DNA of 64,000 nt from Nitrospirota bacterium (GTDB taxonomy: Bacteria; Nitrospirota; Thermodesulfovibrionia; Thermodesulfovibrionales; Dissulfurispiraceae). Numbering within the stretch: position 1 is the first letter of the stretch; each line of letters begins with the position of its first letter. The translations under genes and the position numbers were made by a program. The notes beneath the pieces were generated by a model. That model was not told the DNA's origin. It was given only the letters and a program-made list of their open reading frames with translations, and made no database searches. The stretch spans positions 1-64,000 of the forward strand of contig JBFMCP010000017.1 in the NCBI GenBank assembly GCA_040754455.1. Reading direction: 5' to 3'. This document shows positions 9,228-18,681 of the stretch, piece by piece.

Positions 9228-12050
9228 TTAGGTGATGGTTTTCAGCAACGAGAGTGTTTCTTCTATTTTACCCTTTTTGGCGATAAGATCGTCATATTTT
9301 GCCTTATCCTTTTCGAGGACCTGTTTTGGCGCATTCCTGAGAAAATCTTCATTCTGTAATTTTTTATTGAGGAACCCCAGGGATTCGTCGATTTTCGCCA
9401 TCTCCTTCTGGAGCCTGCCGACTTCGGCGCGCACATCGAGCAGTCCTTCGATGGGAATGTAGATCTCCATACCGTCCTGCACCGATACCGCAGAGCCCTT
9501 GACGCGCTGCACATCGGTGCCGATAGTAATGTCCTTGGTCCTCGTAAGTTTTTTCAGTACCGCGAGGTTTTGTTTGAGAATCTCCCCGATCTTTTTAGAG
9601 TCGACCTTCACATCAGCCCTGATATCGAGCGACGGCGCTATGTTCAGCTCTCCCCTGATGCTCCTGATGCCGTTGACCGCATTCAGCAGGGCCTCCATAT
9701 CCTTTTCCGCTTCGATAAACCGCGGTAGCTCTTCCGGATAAGAGGTGAGCATGATCGTATGCTCCGGATCGAATATGTTTCTCCATATCTCTTCAGTTGC
9801 AAAAGGAACAAAAGGATGGAGCAGCTGAAGGCTCTTTTCAAGGACAAAGAAGAGGCAATTGACCACGAGGTTTTTCTCTTTGGTCGTTTCTTCCTGGTAG
9901 AGCACAGACTTGGTGATTTCGAGATACCAATCGCAGAACTCATGCCAGATGAAGTGATAGACGCTGTTCGCCGCATCGTTGAAGCGATAATTCTCGAGGT
10001 TCCGGTTCACCTCTTCGACGGTGTACGCCAGCCTGCTCAATATCCATTTGCTGGCGATATCGAGATTCTTTTCCTGACCGTAGACCGGCTCTTTTGTCCA
10101 GAACGCTTCGTTCCTGATGATGAACTTCGTCGCATTCCAGAGTTTATTGATGAAGTGGCGGTAGCCTTCGAGACGCTCTTCGGAGAAGCGGATATCCCTG
10201 CCCTGTGCGGCAAAAGCGGCAAGGGAGAATCTGAAGGCGTCGGCGCCGTATTTATCGATCATGATGAGGGGATCGACCACATTGCCCTTGGACTTGCTCA
10301 TCTTCTGCCCTTTTGCATCACGCACGATCGCGTGGATGTAGACATCCCTGAAGGGCACGTCGCCCATGAATTTGATGCCCATCATCATCATGCGTGCTAC
10401 CCAGAAAAAAAGGATGTCGAATGCGGTGACGAGCACGCTTGTCGGATAAAAGGTCTTCAAATCTTCTGTCATATCCGGCCAACCGAGGGTCGAGAACGGC
10501 CACAGGGCCGAGGAGAACCAGGTGTCGAGTACATCAGGGTCGCGGATGATATTCGTACTACCGCAGCCGGGGCAGACCTTCAGCTCCTCTCTCCGGCAGA
10601 AGGATTTCACTTCTCGCGGGATGCGTATGACTTTCGAATTCTTTATGATTTCGGCATGGCCCAGCCCTGCGGCGCGCAGCTCTGCGTAGGTGCCGCCGTT
10701 TACTGTCCTGCCGTCCTTGAGCGCGACAGGCTTATGGAAGATATGTTCGATTATCGACCCCTGCACGATGCCTTTGTCGTTTTTGCATTCGGGGCAGTAC
10801 CACACCGGTATCTGGTGTCCCCACCAGATCTGACGCGAAATGCACCAGTCATTGATGTCCCTCATCCATGCATAGTAATTATTTTCCCAAGAGTCAGGAA
10901 TAATCCTTGTCCTACCCTCCTGGACTGCCTTCACCGCATCTTCGGCGAGGGTCTTTATCTTTACATACCACTGGATGGTGAGAAGCGGCTCGATCACCGT
11001 TCTGCAGCGATAACAATGGCCGACCGCATGGGTATGTTTCTTTTCCTCCACCATAAGCCCGAGCTCTTTCAAGTCAGCGATAACCGCTTTCCTCGCGGCA
11101 GAGCGGTCCATTCCTTTATATTTCTCTCCCGCCTCGACAGTCATACGGCCGTCTTCGGAAATGACACTGATCGAAGGGAGCTTATGGCGCTTCCCCATTG
11201 CCTCATCATTGAAGTCGTGCGCAGGGGTGACCTTCACCGCACCGGTGCCGAAGGCTGCATCGACTGCCGGATCGGCAATAAGAGGAATCTTCCTGCCGGT
11301 AAGCGGCAACTCGAGCTCTTTGCCGATGAGCTGCTGATAGCGCTCGTCCTCGGGGTTTACGGCAACAGCGGTGTCGCCGAGCATGGTCTCGGGCCGCGTG
11401 GTTGCCACCGTAACTGAGCCGCTGTGGTCTGCAAGGGGGTATTTAATAAAATAGAGCCTGCCCTCGGTCTCCTCATGCTCCACCTCGAGATCGGAGAGCG
11501 CCGTATGGCAGCGGGGGCACCAGTTGATGAGGCGGTTGTCCCGGTAAATCAGCCCCTCATCGTAAAGCCTCACAAAGACTTCCTTGACTGCGCGCGACAG
11601 CCCCTCGTCGAGGGTGAACCGCTCGCGCGACCAGTCGCAGGAAGCGCCGATCTTTTTGAGCTGGTGGATGATCCTGCCGCCGTATTCAGCCTTCCACGTC
11701 CAGACACGCTCGATGAAGGCCTCCCTGCCCAGTTCCTGCCTGCTCACGCCCTCTTTGGAGAGTTCTCTTTCGACCACATTCTGGGTAGCAATACCGGCAT
11801 GATCGGTACCGGGAATCCAGAGCACCTTGTGGCCTTTCATTCTTCTCCAACGGGTAAGGATATCTTGAATAGTGGCGTTGAGGGCATGACCCATGTGGAG
11901 CGAGCCCGTCACGTTGGGAGGCGGGATCACAATACAGAACGGCGATTTCGGTGCCTTGAAATCAGGCTTGAAATAGCCATTCTGCTCCCAGACGGCATAC
12001 CATCTGTCTTCGATCTCTTCGGGATTATAGTTTTGCTTAATAGCGCTCAT
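9228..12050 (-). CDS. valS: Valine--tRNA ligase
   Basis: PPPNVTGSLHMGH, DWCISRQIWWGH and KMSKS motifs; C-terminal coiled coil. Confidence 0.98.
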   Translation of the reverse strand: MSAIKQNYNPEEIEDRWYAVWEQNGYFKPDFKAPKSPFCIVIPPPNVTGSLHMGHALNATIQDILTRWRRMKGHKVLWIPGTDHAGIATQNVVERELSKEGVSRQELGREAFIERVWTWKAEYGGRIIHQLKKIGASCDWSRERFTLDEGLSRAVKEVFVRLYDEGLIYRDNRLINWCPRCHTALSDLEVEHEETEGRLYFIKYPLADHSGSVTVATTRPETMLGDTAVAVNPEDERYQQLIGKELELPLTGRKIPLIADPAVDAAFGTGAVKVTPAHDFNDEAMGKRHKLPSISVISEDGRMTVEAGEKYKGMDRSAARKAVIADLKELGLMVEEKKHTHAVGHCYRCRTVIEPLLTIQWYVKIKTLAEDAVKAVQEGRTRIIPDSWENNYYAWMRDINDWCISRQIWWGHQIPVWYCPECKNDKGIVQGSIIEHIFHKPVALKDGRTVNGGTYAELRAAGLGHAEIIKNSKVIRIPREVKSFCRREELKVCPGCGSTNIIRDPDVLDTWFSSALWPFSTLGWPDMTEDLKTFYPTSVLVTAFDILFFWVARMMMMGIKFMGDVPFRDVYIHAIVRDAKGQKMSKSKGNVVDPLIMIDKYGADAFRFSLAAFAAQGRDIRFSEERLEGYRHFINKLWNATKFIIRNEAFWTKEPVYGQEKNLDIASKWILSRLAYTVEEVNRNLENYRFNDAANSVYHFIWHEFCDWYLEITKSVLYQEETTKEKNLVVNCLFFVLEKSLQLLHPFVPFATEEIWRNIFDPEHTIMLTSYPEELPRFIEAEKDMEALLNAVNGIRSIRGELNIAPSLDIRADVKVDSKKIGEILKQNLAVLKKLTRTKDITIGTDVQRVKGSAVSVQDGMEIYIPIEGLLDVRAEVGRLQKEMAKIDESLGFLNKKLQNEDFLRNAPKQVLEKDKAKYDDLIAKKGKIEETLSLLKTIT

Positions 12051-12158
12051 ATATTTTTTCCGTAACCCATATTATTACATAATTGCCCTGCTTATGAATA
12101 GTACCGGAATGGTAAAGGAACCGCCTCGATCAGCATGGCCGGCCAGGATAACAGCGGA

Positions 12159-13157
12159 TTACAGTTCTGCCGTGATCTTTTCTATTTCGCGTTGTATGAG
12201 TGTCTCGGCGACTTCGGGAACGATCTTTCCGATAGCGGCATTGATGTCGCGGTGCAGGGAGGCGAAATGTTCGTTCACCAGTTCTCTCGTCACCCGTTCG
12301 ATAATGCCCGGCGCAATCTCCGAGAGGGTCCGTGCCACCGACTCCTGTATCGCTGCGGAGAGCGACGGCGCTACTTCGCGATTGATCACATCGGCGATCT
12401 TCTCATCCACTGACTGTTTCACGACTTCGAGGATATCCTCGCTCGACGGCAGAGCGATTGTTGCCGCTCCCTGCTCGGGCTGGACAGGGTACGGAGCGGC
12501 GGTCTCTTCCTTTTCCTCCATAGCCATGGAGAGCTCTTCTGCAAAGTCCTTCGCCGTTTCTGAAAGTGCGACTTTCGACTCGTACTCCTCGTCGGCAGGC
12601 TCATCCGCAGCAGCAGTCACCGTCTGCTGCTCCTTCAGTGCCGCATCCCAGTTGATCTCTTCTTCCTGGGCTTGCGGTGCGGGCTGCGCTGCAGCAGCTG
12701 CTGCAGCGGACCCGGAAACAGCCATAGGCTCTTCTTCATGTACCACTTCCTCGATCGCGGGTTCTGCCGTTGCCTGCTGCGGCGGAACGGCGCTGATCAA
12801 CAAGGATTTCACCTTGCTGATCAGCTCCTGCGATTCGAAGGGCTTGATAATGAAGTCGTCCGCACCCACGGCTTTGGCGTATTCCTCATCAAAGGGCTCG
12901 AAGGCGCCTGCAAGGAGGATCACCGGGATATGGGCAGTAGCCATATTACTCTTTATCTTTTCGCAGAGCTGATAGCCATTCAGCTTCGGCATCTCGATGT
13001 CGGCGAGAATAATGTCCGGAGCAAACGTCTCAATGGCCTGGAGCGCCTGCTCGCCGTCGTTTACCGCTTTGATCTCGAAATGTTCATGAACAAGGACGAG
13101 CTCGACCACTTTCTGGATGGTAAGACTGTCATCGGCCAATAAAAGCTTATTTTGCAT
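12159..13157 (-). CDS. Response regulator with RomR-like architecture (receiver, acidic Ala/Pro linker, helical C-terminus)
   Basis: Start chosen at MQNKLLLADDS (ATG 13157, purine-rich SD); receiver D and KP motifs; C-terminus IGKIVPEVAETLIQREIEKI. Confidence 0.85.
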   Translation of the reverse strand: MQNKLLLADDSLTIQKVVELVLVHEHFEIKAVNDGEQALQAIETFAPDIILADIEMPKLNGYQLCEKIKSNMATAHIPVILLAGAFEPFDEEYAKAVGADDFIIKPFESQELISKVKSLLISAVPPQQATAEPAIEEVVHEEEPMAVSGSAAAAAAAQPAPQAQEEEINWDAALKEQQTVTAAADEPADEEYESKVALSETAKDFAEELSMAMEEKEETAAPYPVQPEQGAATIALPSSEDILEVVKQSVDEKIADVINREVAPSLSAAIQESVARTLSEIAPGIIERVTRELVNEHFASLHRDINAAIGKIVPEVAETLIQREIEKITAEL

Positions 13158-13223
13158 CCACCCTTCCCCCTTCTGCTGCATGAACGGCATCGCCACAGAT
13201 TTTAGAGGTACCGCTGCAATTTG

Positions 13224-13595
13224 TCAAGATTTTTTCTTGCTCCGGTAATCCTCGATCGCCTTCTTCAGCGCATCGGCGCCGAGATTGGAACAGTGCATCT
13301 TCTGCGGGGGCAGTCCGCCCAGCTCCTGGGCAACGGCCTCTTTCGATATCTGCAATGCCTCATCGAGTGTCTTGCCCTTCACCATCTCGGTGATCATACT
13401 GCTGACGGCAATGGCGGCACCGCAGCCGAAGGTCCTGAACTTCGCGTCCACGATCCGGTCATTCTCCACCTTTATGAAGAGCTGCATCGCGTCACCGCAG
13501 GTCGGATTGCCCTCCATGCCGATGCCGTCCGCATCGGGCATTTCACCGACGTTCCGGGGATTCATGAAGTGGTCCATAACTTTTTCTGAGTACAT
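13224..13595 (-). CDS. iscU: Fe-S cluster scaffold IscU/NifU-N
   Basis: YSEKVMDHF.NPRNVG, GNPTCGD, TFGCGAAIA and LPPQKMHCS motifs. Confidence 0.95.
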   Translation of the reverse strand: MYSEKVMDHFMNPRNVGEMPDADGIGMEGNPTCGDAMQLFIKVENDRIVDAKFRTFGCGAAIAVSSMITEMVKGKTLDEALQISKEAVAQELGGLPPQKMHCSNLGADALKKAIEDYRSKKKS

Positions 13596-13647
13596 ATAAA
13601 CTCTCCTTTTTCTCTAAAGCATGTTGTCAAAACTAACCACAGCGAAA

Positions 13648-13720
13648 GAAACAAAGCACCAAATTCGAAATCCTAAACAAACGGCAAGCACGAAATCCTA
13701 AGCACGAATTCCTTTGTTTC
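13648..13720. repeat. Intergenic 7-nt-period degenerate repeats enclosed by a 9-bp inverted repeat
   Basis: GAAACAAAG (13648) and CTTTGTTTC (13712) flank AAGCACG/AAATCCT-type heptamers. Confidence 0.65.
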
Positions 13721-13749
13721 AGATTTAGAGTTTATCCTCCTCTTAAGGG

Positions 13750-14946
13750 TTATCCTGTATAACAGGTGTCGCCTTGTGCGCCTTCACCCCAGCCCTTTGC
13801 AAAGGGCGACATCTCTCTCAACCGTGTAATCACCGTGGGGAATTCGGCAAGGCAATAATCGATGTCCTCCCAGGTATTTTCTTTTCCGAAACTAAATACG
13901 ATGGAGCCCTGGGCAAGCGCCGTAGGAACACCAAGGGAGAGCAGTACCGGTGACGACTTGAGCGCCTTCGAAGAGCAGGCCGAGCCGCTTGCAACGAAGA
14001 TGCCCTTCATGGCGAGCATGAGCAGCATCGCCTCTCCTTCAATGAATTCGACGACAAAGCTTGCGTGGTGCGGCAGACGGTGTTCGGGATGGCCAGTCAG
14101 GTAGACGTTCGGTATTTTCAGTATACCCTCTCTCAGTTTGTCCCTCAGCGTGCGACAGTGCTCCATCTTGGCCTGCAGCTCATGCTTCGTAAGCTCAGCC
14201 GCCGTGCCCATGCCGACGATCGCCGGGACGTTCTCGGTGCCGGCCCGCCTGCCGCCTTCCTGGATGCCGCCATAGATGAGGGGAACGATCCTCAAGCCCT
14301 CCCTGACATACAGCGCCCCTGCGCCTTTAGGTCCATAGAACTGGTGCGCAGCCATGCTCAGCAGATCGACACCGAGCTCTTTTACATCAACAGGAATATT
14401 TCCTGTGGTGGCCACGGCATCGGTATGCATGACGATATTTCTCTCTTTCGCAATCGCAGCGATCTCTTTGATCGGCTCGATGCTGCCGATTTCACTGCTT
14501 GCGTGGGTGATGGAGATGAGCACCGTCTCTTTATTGATGGAGCTCTTTACCGATTCAGGATCGACAACACCGTGTTTGTCGACCGGAAGGTAGGTGACCA
14601 CAAAACCGCTCTTCTCGAGGAAGCGCGCTGCGTTGAGAATGGAGTGGTGCTCGACCTTGGAAACAATGATATGTTTGCCTTGGTTCTGCCGCGCAAGGGC
14701 TATTCCTCTGAGCGCAAAGTTGTTCGCTTCGGCGCCGCTCGCGGTAAAGACAATCGTAGAGGGTTTCGCATTGACCAGAGCGGCCACCGCGCCCCTCGCC
14801 TTTTCTATGGCATCGCGGGCATTCATGCCGAGCGGGTAGACACTGAGCGGATTGCCGAACTCCTCCTTGAAATAGGGCATCATCGCATCAAGCACTTCAG
14901 GCCTGAGCGGGTTGGTTGCAACATGATCAAAATAGCATTTCCGCAT
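13750..14946 (-). CDS. iscS: Cysteine desulfurase (IscS/NifS family)
   Basis: FGNPLS, HTDAV, YGPKG, RAGTEN and SGSACSS motifs. The usual PLP motif SxHK reads AAHQ here. Confidence 0.9.
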   Translation of the reverse strand: MRKCYFDHVATNPLRPEVLDAMMPYFKEEFGNPLSVYPLGMNARDAIEKARGAVAALVNAKPSTIVFTASGAEANNFALRGIALARQNQGKHIIVSKVEHHSILNAARFLEKSGFVVTYLPVDKHGVVDPESVKSSINKETVLISITHASSEIGSIEPIKEIAAIAKERNIVMHTDAVATTGNIPVDVKELGVDLLSMAAHQFYGPKGAGALYVREGLRIVPLIYGGIQEGGRRAGTENVPAIVGMGTAAELTKHELQAKMEHCRTLRDKLREGILKIPNVYLTGHPEHRLPHHASFVVEFIEGEAMLLMLAMKGIFVASGSACSSKALKSSPVLLSLGVPTALAQGSIVFSFGKENTWEDIDYCLAEFPTVITRLREMSPFAKGWGEGAQGDTCYTG

Positions 14947-14964
14947 ATCCTCTCCCTGTAGTTA

Positions 14965-15037
14965 GTTCATCGTTCACGGCCCCTTGTTCATGGTTCACCG
15001 TTAACCCTCAGAACGATGAACGGTGAACCATGAACGG
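14965..15037. repeat. Heptamer-built palindrome (GTTCAYN / NRTGAAC units)
   Basis: Perfect 17-bp inverted repeat GTTCATGGTTCACCGTT (14986-15002) / AACGGTGAACCATGAAC (15019-15035), plus extra units. Confidence 0.8.
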
Positions 15038-15042
15038 ATCAC

Positions 15043-15294
15043 TCAATCGGTCAGCTTTCGTACGTAGAATTTATAATAATCCTCATCCTCATCCAGACCG
15101 ATAAATTCATTGCCGGTCCGCTTGCACCACTGCGGGATGTCCTCGAGTGCGCCGTCATAATCGGTGAGGATCTCGAGTACCTGTCCCTTTTCAAGCCCCT
15201 TGATCATCTCGTCGAGCTTGAGGAGATGCATGGGGCACATCATATACACGATATCGGCAGTTACATCCGCTTTTACGCCCTGTACAAATTTCAT
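15043..15294 (-). CDS. tusA: TusA/SirA-family sulfur carrier
   Basis: D...MCPMHLLK, GQVLEILTD and DIPQWCKRTGN motifs; 83 aa. Confidence 0.85.
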   Translation of the reverse strand: MKFVQGVKADVTADIVYMMCPMHLLKLDEMIKGLEKGQVLEILTDYDGALEDIPQWCKRTGNEFIGLDEDEDYYKFYVRKLTD

Positions 15295-15312
15295 TGTTTC
15301 CTACAGATTATT

Positions 15313-15337
15313 AAAGTTGATTATTATTGTCAACTAT
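15313..15337 (-). promoter_or_regulatory. IscR type-1-like operator overlapping an internal promoter for tusA-iscS-iscU
   Basis: ATAGTTGACAATAATAATCAACTTT matches 22/25 of ATASYYGACTRWWWYAGTCRRSTAT; contains TTGACA with TAATCT 17 nt downstream. Confidence 0.7.
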
Positions 15338-15762
15338 TTCCTCTTTCGCTTGTACACCTCACCCGATACCAGATGCTTGAGGGTGATCGTATTCAAAAAA
15401 GCCTCAATCTGCTCGCCCAGCGCCTTCCAGAGCAGATGGGTGACGCACTTGTCGGCCCTGACGCAGCCTTCGCCGGGTTCGAGACAGGAGGTGATCGCCA
15501 CCGGTCCTTCGAGCTCGTTCAGTATGGCAGCGATGCTGATCTTGTCGGGACTCGCGCTCAGGAGATAGCCGCCGCCCGGACCCTTGATGCTCTTTATGAT
15601 CCCGGCCTTTCTGAGCTTGTTAAGTATCTGCTCGAGATAGGCGACCGAGACATCCTGCCGTTCCGAGATTTCCTTGATAGTGACCGGCGTATCAGGGAAG
15701 CCGCGGGCGATTTCGTACATCGCCCTGACCCCGTACTGCCCTTTCGTCGATAGCTTGAGCAT
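15334..15762 (-). CDS. iscR: Rrf2-family regulator, IscR-like
   Basis: LSTKGQYGVRAM, YLEQILNKL and KGPGGGY motifs; CLEPGEGCVRADKCVTH three-Cys plus His Fe-S motif. Confidence 0.88.
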   Translation of the reverse strand: MLKLSTKGQYGVRAMYEIARGFPDTPVTIKEISERQDVSVAYLEQILNKLRKAGIIKSIKGPGGGYLLSASPDKISIAAILNELEGPVAITSCLEPGEGCVRADKCVTHLLWKALGEQIEAFLNTITLKHLVSGEVYKRKRK

Positions 15763-15767
15763 TGTGT

Positions 15768-15801
15768 ATGCTAATAATAACCTACTATTTTTGTCAAGTA
15801 T
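15768..15801 (-). promoter_or_regulatory. IscR type-1-like operator overlapping the iscR promoter
   Basis: ATACTTGACAAAAATAGTAGGTTAT (15801-15777) matches 22/25 of the consensus; TTGACA-N18-TAGCAT. Confidence 0.7.
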
Positions 15802-15936
15802 TCTCCTGGTGGCGCGGTTGACGACATTTCATGCGGGATATGGGTTTGAAGAAAAGATTAAACACGGGAACCCATATTACGGACGCCAGGGCAGTGCATG
15901 GTTTCTGCAGATCCTACTAAGGCGCTTTTGTGCTTC

Positions 15937-16557
15937 CTACTTCGGCGCCTCAAACTCCTCGTCGGCCTTTTTGCTCTTAAGACGTCTCACCAGATCCTCG
16001 TAGGATCGGGAGTTGATGATCTGGTTAAACTGTTTTCTGTAGTTGTTGACGAGACTTACCCCTTCGATGATTACGTCATAGACTTCCCACTGACTGTTCT
16101 TTCTAAGGAGCCGGTAATCGATGGGGGTTTCAACACCTTTTCGTATGATCTTTGTTCTGACCACTGCGTAATCGCCCTCGACGCTCTCTCCGGTATAGAG
16201 AACCTTTTCATCCGTATAATCTTCGATCTTCTTTATGTATGCCCGTTCGAGGAGGTCGCTGTAGAGCATGACAAACTCCTTTTTTTCCTCGGAGGTCCGT
16301 TTTCTCCAGTGGAGTGCGAGAGAGCGCTTCGCCATCTCCTCGAAATCGAAACGCTCGTCGACTATCTTCCGTATCGCAGCCCTCCGCTCCTGTGTCCTTT
16401 CAGGCCTTTTCAATTCTTTGTTTCTGAGGATGTTGAGCACCTTGTCGACCGATTGCCTTACCTGATCTGTCGGCTCTCCCGCAGAGGCGCTGGCAGCGAG
16501 GAGCAGCGTGAGCACACAGGTACCGAGAAGGATGCGCAGTAATCGCTTCATTTTCAT
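15937..16557 (-). CDS. mlaC: MlaC/Ttg2D periplasmic phospholipid-binding protein
   Basis: Signal peptide; FDFEEMAKRSL and YDVIIEGVSLVNNYRKQF motifs. Confidence 0.92.
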   Translation of the reverse strand: MKMKRLLRILLGTCVLTLLLAASASAGEPTDQVRQSVDKVLNILRNKELKRPERTQERRAAIRKIVDERFDFEEMAKRSLALHWRKRTSEEKKEFVMLYSDLLERAYIKKIEDYTDEKVLYTGESVEGDYAVVRTKIIRKGVETPIDYRLLRKNSQWEVYDVIIEGVSLVNNYRKQFNQIINSRSYEDLVRRLKSKKADEEFEAPK

Positions 16558-16577
16558 TGTGCCTCCTGTATTAGATC

Positions 16578-16669
16578 ACCGTTCACGCTCATGGTTCATA
16601 ATGGAAAAATGAAAACATATTGGCAGTCGTGTCTTACCGTTTACTATGAATAGAGAACTATGAACCATG
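16578..16669. repeat. Degenerate heptamer palindrome related to 14965-15037
   Basis: 11-bp inverted repeat CATGGTTCATA (16590-16600) / TATGAACCATG (16659-16669), with extra GTTCA/TGAA units. Confidence 0.6.
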
Positions 16670-16675
16670 TACTAT

Positions 16676-17119
16676 TTAAACTTTTCCGTAGATATATTTT
16701 GATATCAGATCTTCAAAGTCGATGGCCGACTCGGTCTCCCGTATCCTTCCACCGTCGCGGATGATCTGCTCCGATCCGCCGGGGGTGATCTGTATATACT
16801 TCTCGCCGATGAGCCCTTTTGTCTTTATCGACGCAATAGAGTCGTCCTGAAGTTTTATACCGGAATTGATCTGGAGTTCGGCAAGAGCCTGGTAATCCTC
16901 ATCAAGCTTAATGCTTTTCACTCTTCCCACCTCGACCCCTGCGATTTCAACGGTAGAGCCTGCCTTAATGCCGCCCGCCCGTTCGAATTCAGCATACACA
17001 GTATATCCTTTGCTCCCTATGACTTCGAGCTTCCCCAGTTTCACCGATATATAGCCAAGGGAAAGGACTCCGATGAGCAGAAAGATGCCTGCAGCCAGCT
17101 CAATATCAAACTTCCTCAT
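16676..17119 (-). CDS. mlaD: MlaD (MCE domain) protein
   Basis: N-terminal TM helix; VEIAGVEVGRV and IKTKGLIGEKYI motifs. Confidence 0.93.
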   Translation of the reverse strand: MRKFDIELAAGIFLLIGVLSLGYISVKLGKLEVIGSKGYTVYAEFERAGGIKAGSTVEIAGVEVGRVKSIKLDEDYQALAELQINSGIKLQDDSIASIKTKGLIGEKYIQITPGGSEQIIRDGGRIRETESAIDFEDLISKYIYGKV

Positions 17120-17139
17120 ACCCGTCCTCCGTTCTATCG

Positions 17140-17889
17140 TTAAGTTTCTATCTCTACCGGTTCTTCTTTGCAGGTCGTAATGAACTGCCGCACGACCGGG
17201 TTCTTCGAATGCTTGATCTCTCTCGGCGTCCCCACTTCAACGATCCTTCCTCCGTACAGCATCGCCACTTTATCGGCGACATCGAAGATCTCGGGAATCT
17301 CATGGCTGATGATGATGCCGGTGAAGCCGTATTTTTCATGGGTGTTGATAATGAGCCGGTGGATGGAATTCAGGATGATCGGGTCGAGACCGGTCGTCGG
17401 TTCATCGAAAAAGATGGTCGTCGGCTCGATGACGAGTGCCCGTGCAAGGGCCACTCTTCGCTTCATGCCGCCGCTGATTTCCGAGGGATACTTTCCCTCG
17501 ATATTCTTGAGTCCCACGTCCTCCAGTGCGCGCAGTGCCCTCTCCTTGATCTCGCTCTTGGAAAGCTTGGTCTTTTCCCTTAAGGGAAAGGCGACATTCT
17601 CGAAGACGGTCATCGAATCGAAGAGCGCGCTCCCCTGGAAGACGACGCCGAAGCGCTCCCTGATCCTGTCGAATTCCGCCTTGCTGATACTGGTGATATC
17701 GGCCCCGTCGACCAGTATCTTTCCCTTGTCGGGTTTGAGGAGGCCGATCAGATGCTTCATGAGCACGCTCTTGCCGCCGCCGCTCTCGCCGATGATGGCA
17801 ATGACCTCCCTGTCGGCAATCGTGAGATTGACGCCTTTCAGGACCTGCTGGTTGTTAAAGCTCTTTTCCAGATCAATAATCTCGATCAT
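17140..17889 (-). CDS. mlaF: MlaF ABC ATPase
   Basis: GESGGGKS, FQGSALFDSMTV, ISGGM and DEPTTGLDP motifs. Confidence 0.92.
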   Translation of the reverse strand: MIEIIDLEKSFNNQQVLKGVNLTIADREVIAIIGESGGGKSVLMKHLIGLLKPDKGKILVDGADITSISKAEFDRIRERFGVVFQGSALFDSMTVFENVAFPLREKTKLSKSEIKERALRALEDVGLKNIEGKYPSEISGGMKRRVALARALVIEPTTIFFDEPTTGLDPIILNSIHRLIINTHEKYGFTGIIISHEIPEIFDVADKVAMLYGGRIVEVGTPREIKHSKNPVVRQFITTCKEEPVEIET

Positions 17890-17901
17890 CCCTCATCCTT
17901 G

Positions 17902-18681
17902 TTATAGCAGTACCGAACCGATGAAGTAGTCCCAGATCAGAATTAAAATAGACGACATGACCACCGCTTCGGTGGTGGCCTTGCTCACACCCTCTGCACC
18001 GTACCCCGTATCGTCGGTATGAAATCCTTTGAAACAGGAGACCCATGCGACGATGACGCCGAAGCTCACCGATTTGTAGATGCCCATACGAACATCGGAC
18101 ATATCGAGGAAGTGCTCCATCTGGGAGAAGTAGGTGCCCGAGCTCATGCCGAGCAGTTTTACCCCTACCAGATAGCCGCCGTAAATACCGACGACGTCGA
18201 ATATGGCAGAGAGCAGCGGAAAGACGATGATCGCTGCAACGATGTTGGGTACGCTCAGATACCGCAGGGGATTGAGCGCCATCGTGATAAACACATCGAT
18301 CTGCTCGGAAATCTTCATGATCCCGATCTCGGCAGTCAGCGCTGAACCCGCTCGTCCAGTCACCATGAGCGCTGAAAGGACCGGACCCAACTCGCGGATC
18401 AGGCTCAATGCCACAGCCGGTCCGAGCAACGCATCGGAACCGAATTTCCTGAGGGTATAGTAGAGCTGAATGGCAAGGACCATCCCGGTAAACGCCCCGG
18501 TCAGGGCGATTACCGGGATGGATTTCGAACCGAAGAAGCGTATCTGCCTCAAGAGCAGATCGAATTTAAACGGCGGTACAAAGATCAAGGAAAAGGACTC
18601 GATGAGAAAGATAAACATCTGTCCCATCATCCTGAGTATTCTGATGACCCATGATCCTAATACACGTAGCAATGTTATCAT
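17902..18681 (-). CDS. mlaE: MlaE ABC permease
   Basis: RELGPVLSALMVTGRAGSALTAEIG and GAEGVSKATT motifs. Confidence 0.93.
   Translation of the reverse strand: MITLLRVLGSWVIRILRMMGQMFIFLIESFSLIFVPPFKFDLLLRQIRFFGSKSIPVIALTGAFTGMVLAIQLYYTLRKFGSDALLGPAVALSLIRELGPVLSALMVTGRAGSALTAEIGIMKISEQIDVFITMALNPLRYLSVPNIVAAIIVFPLLSAIFDVVGIYGGYLVGVKLLGMSSGTYFSQMEHFLDMSDVRMGIYKSVSFGVIVAWVSCFKGFHTDDTGYGAEGVSKATTEAVVMSSILILIWDYFIGSVLL

Noticed and set aside
10575..10784. Intein in valS or nrdJ
   Set aside because: No Cys/Ser-start plus His-Asn-end splice junctions; nrdJ is short rather than expanded.
9759..11417. Long antisense ORFs (e.g. 9759-11417, 39439-40731, 51334-52536, 22777-23775, 3-527)
   Set aside because: Shadow frames of well-supported genes on the opposite strand; no motifs of their own.
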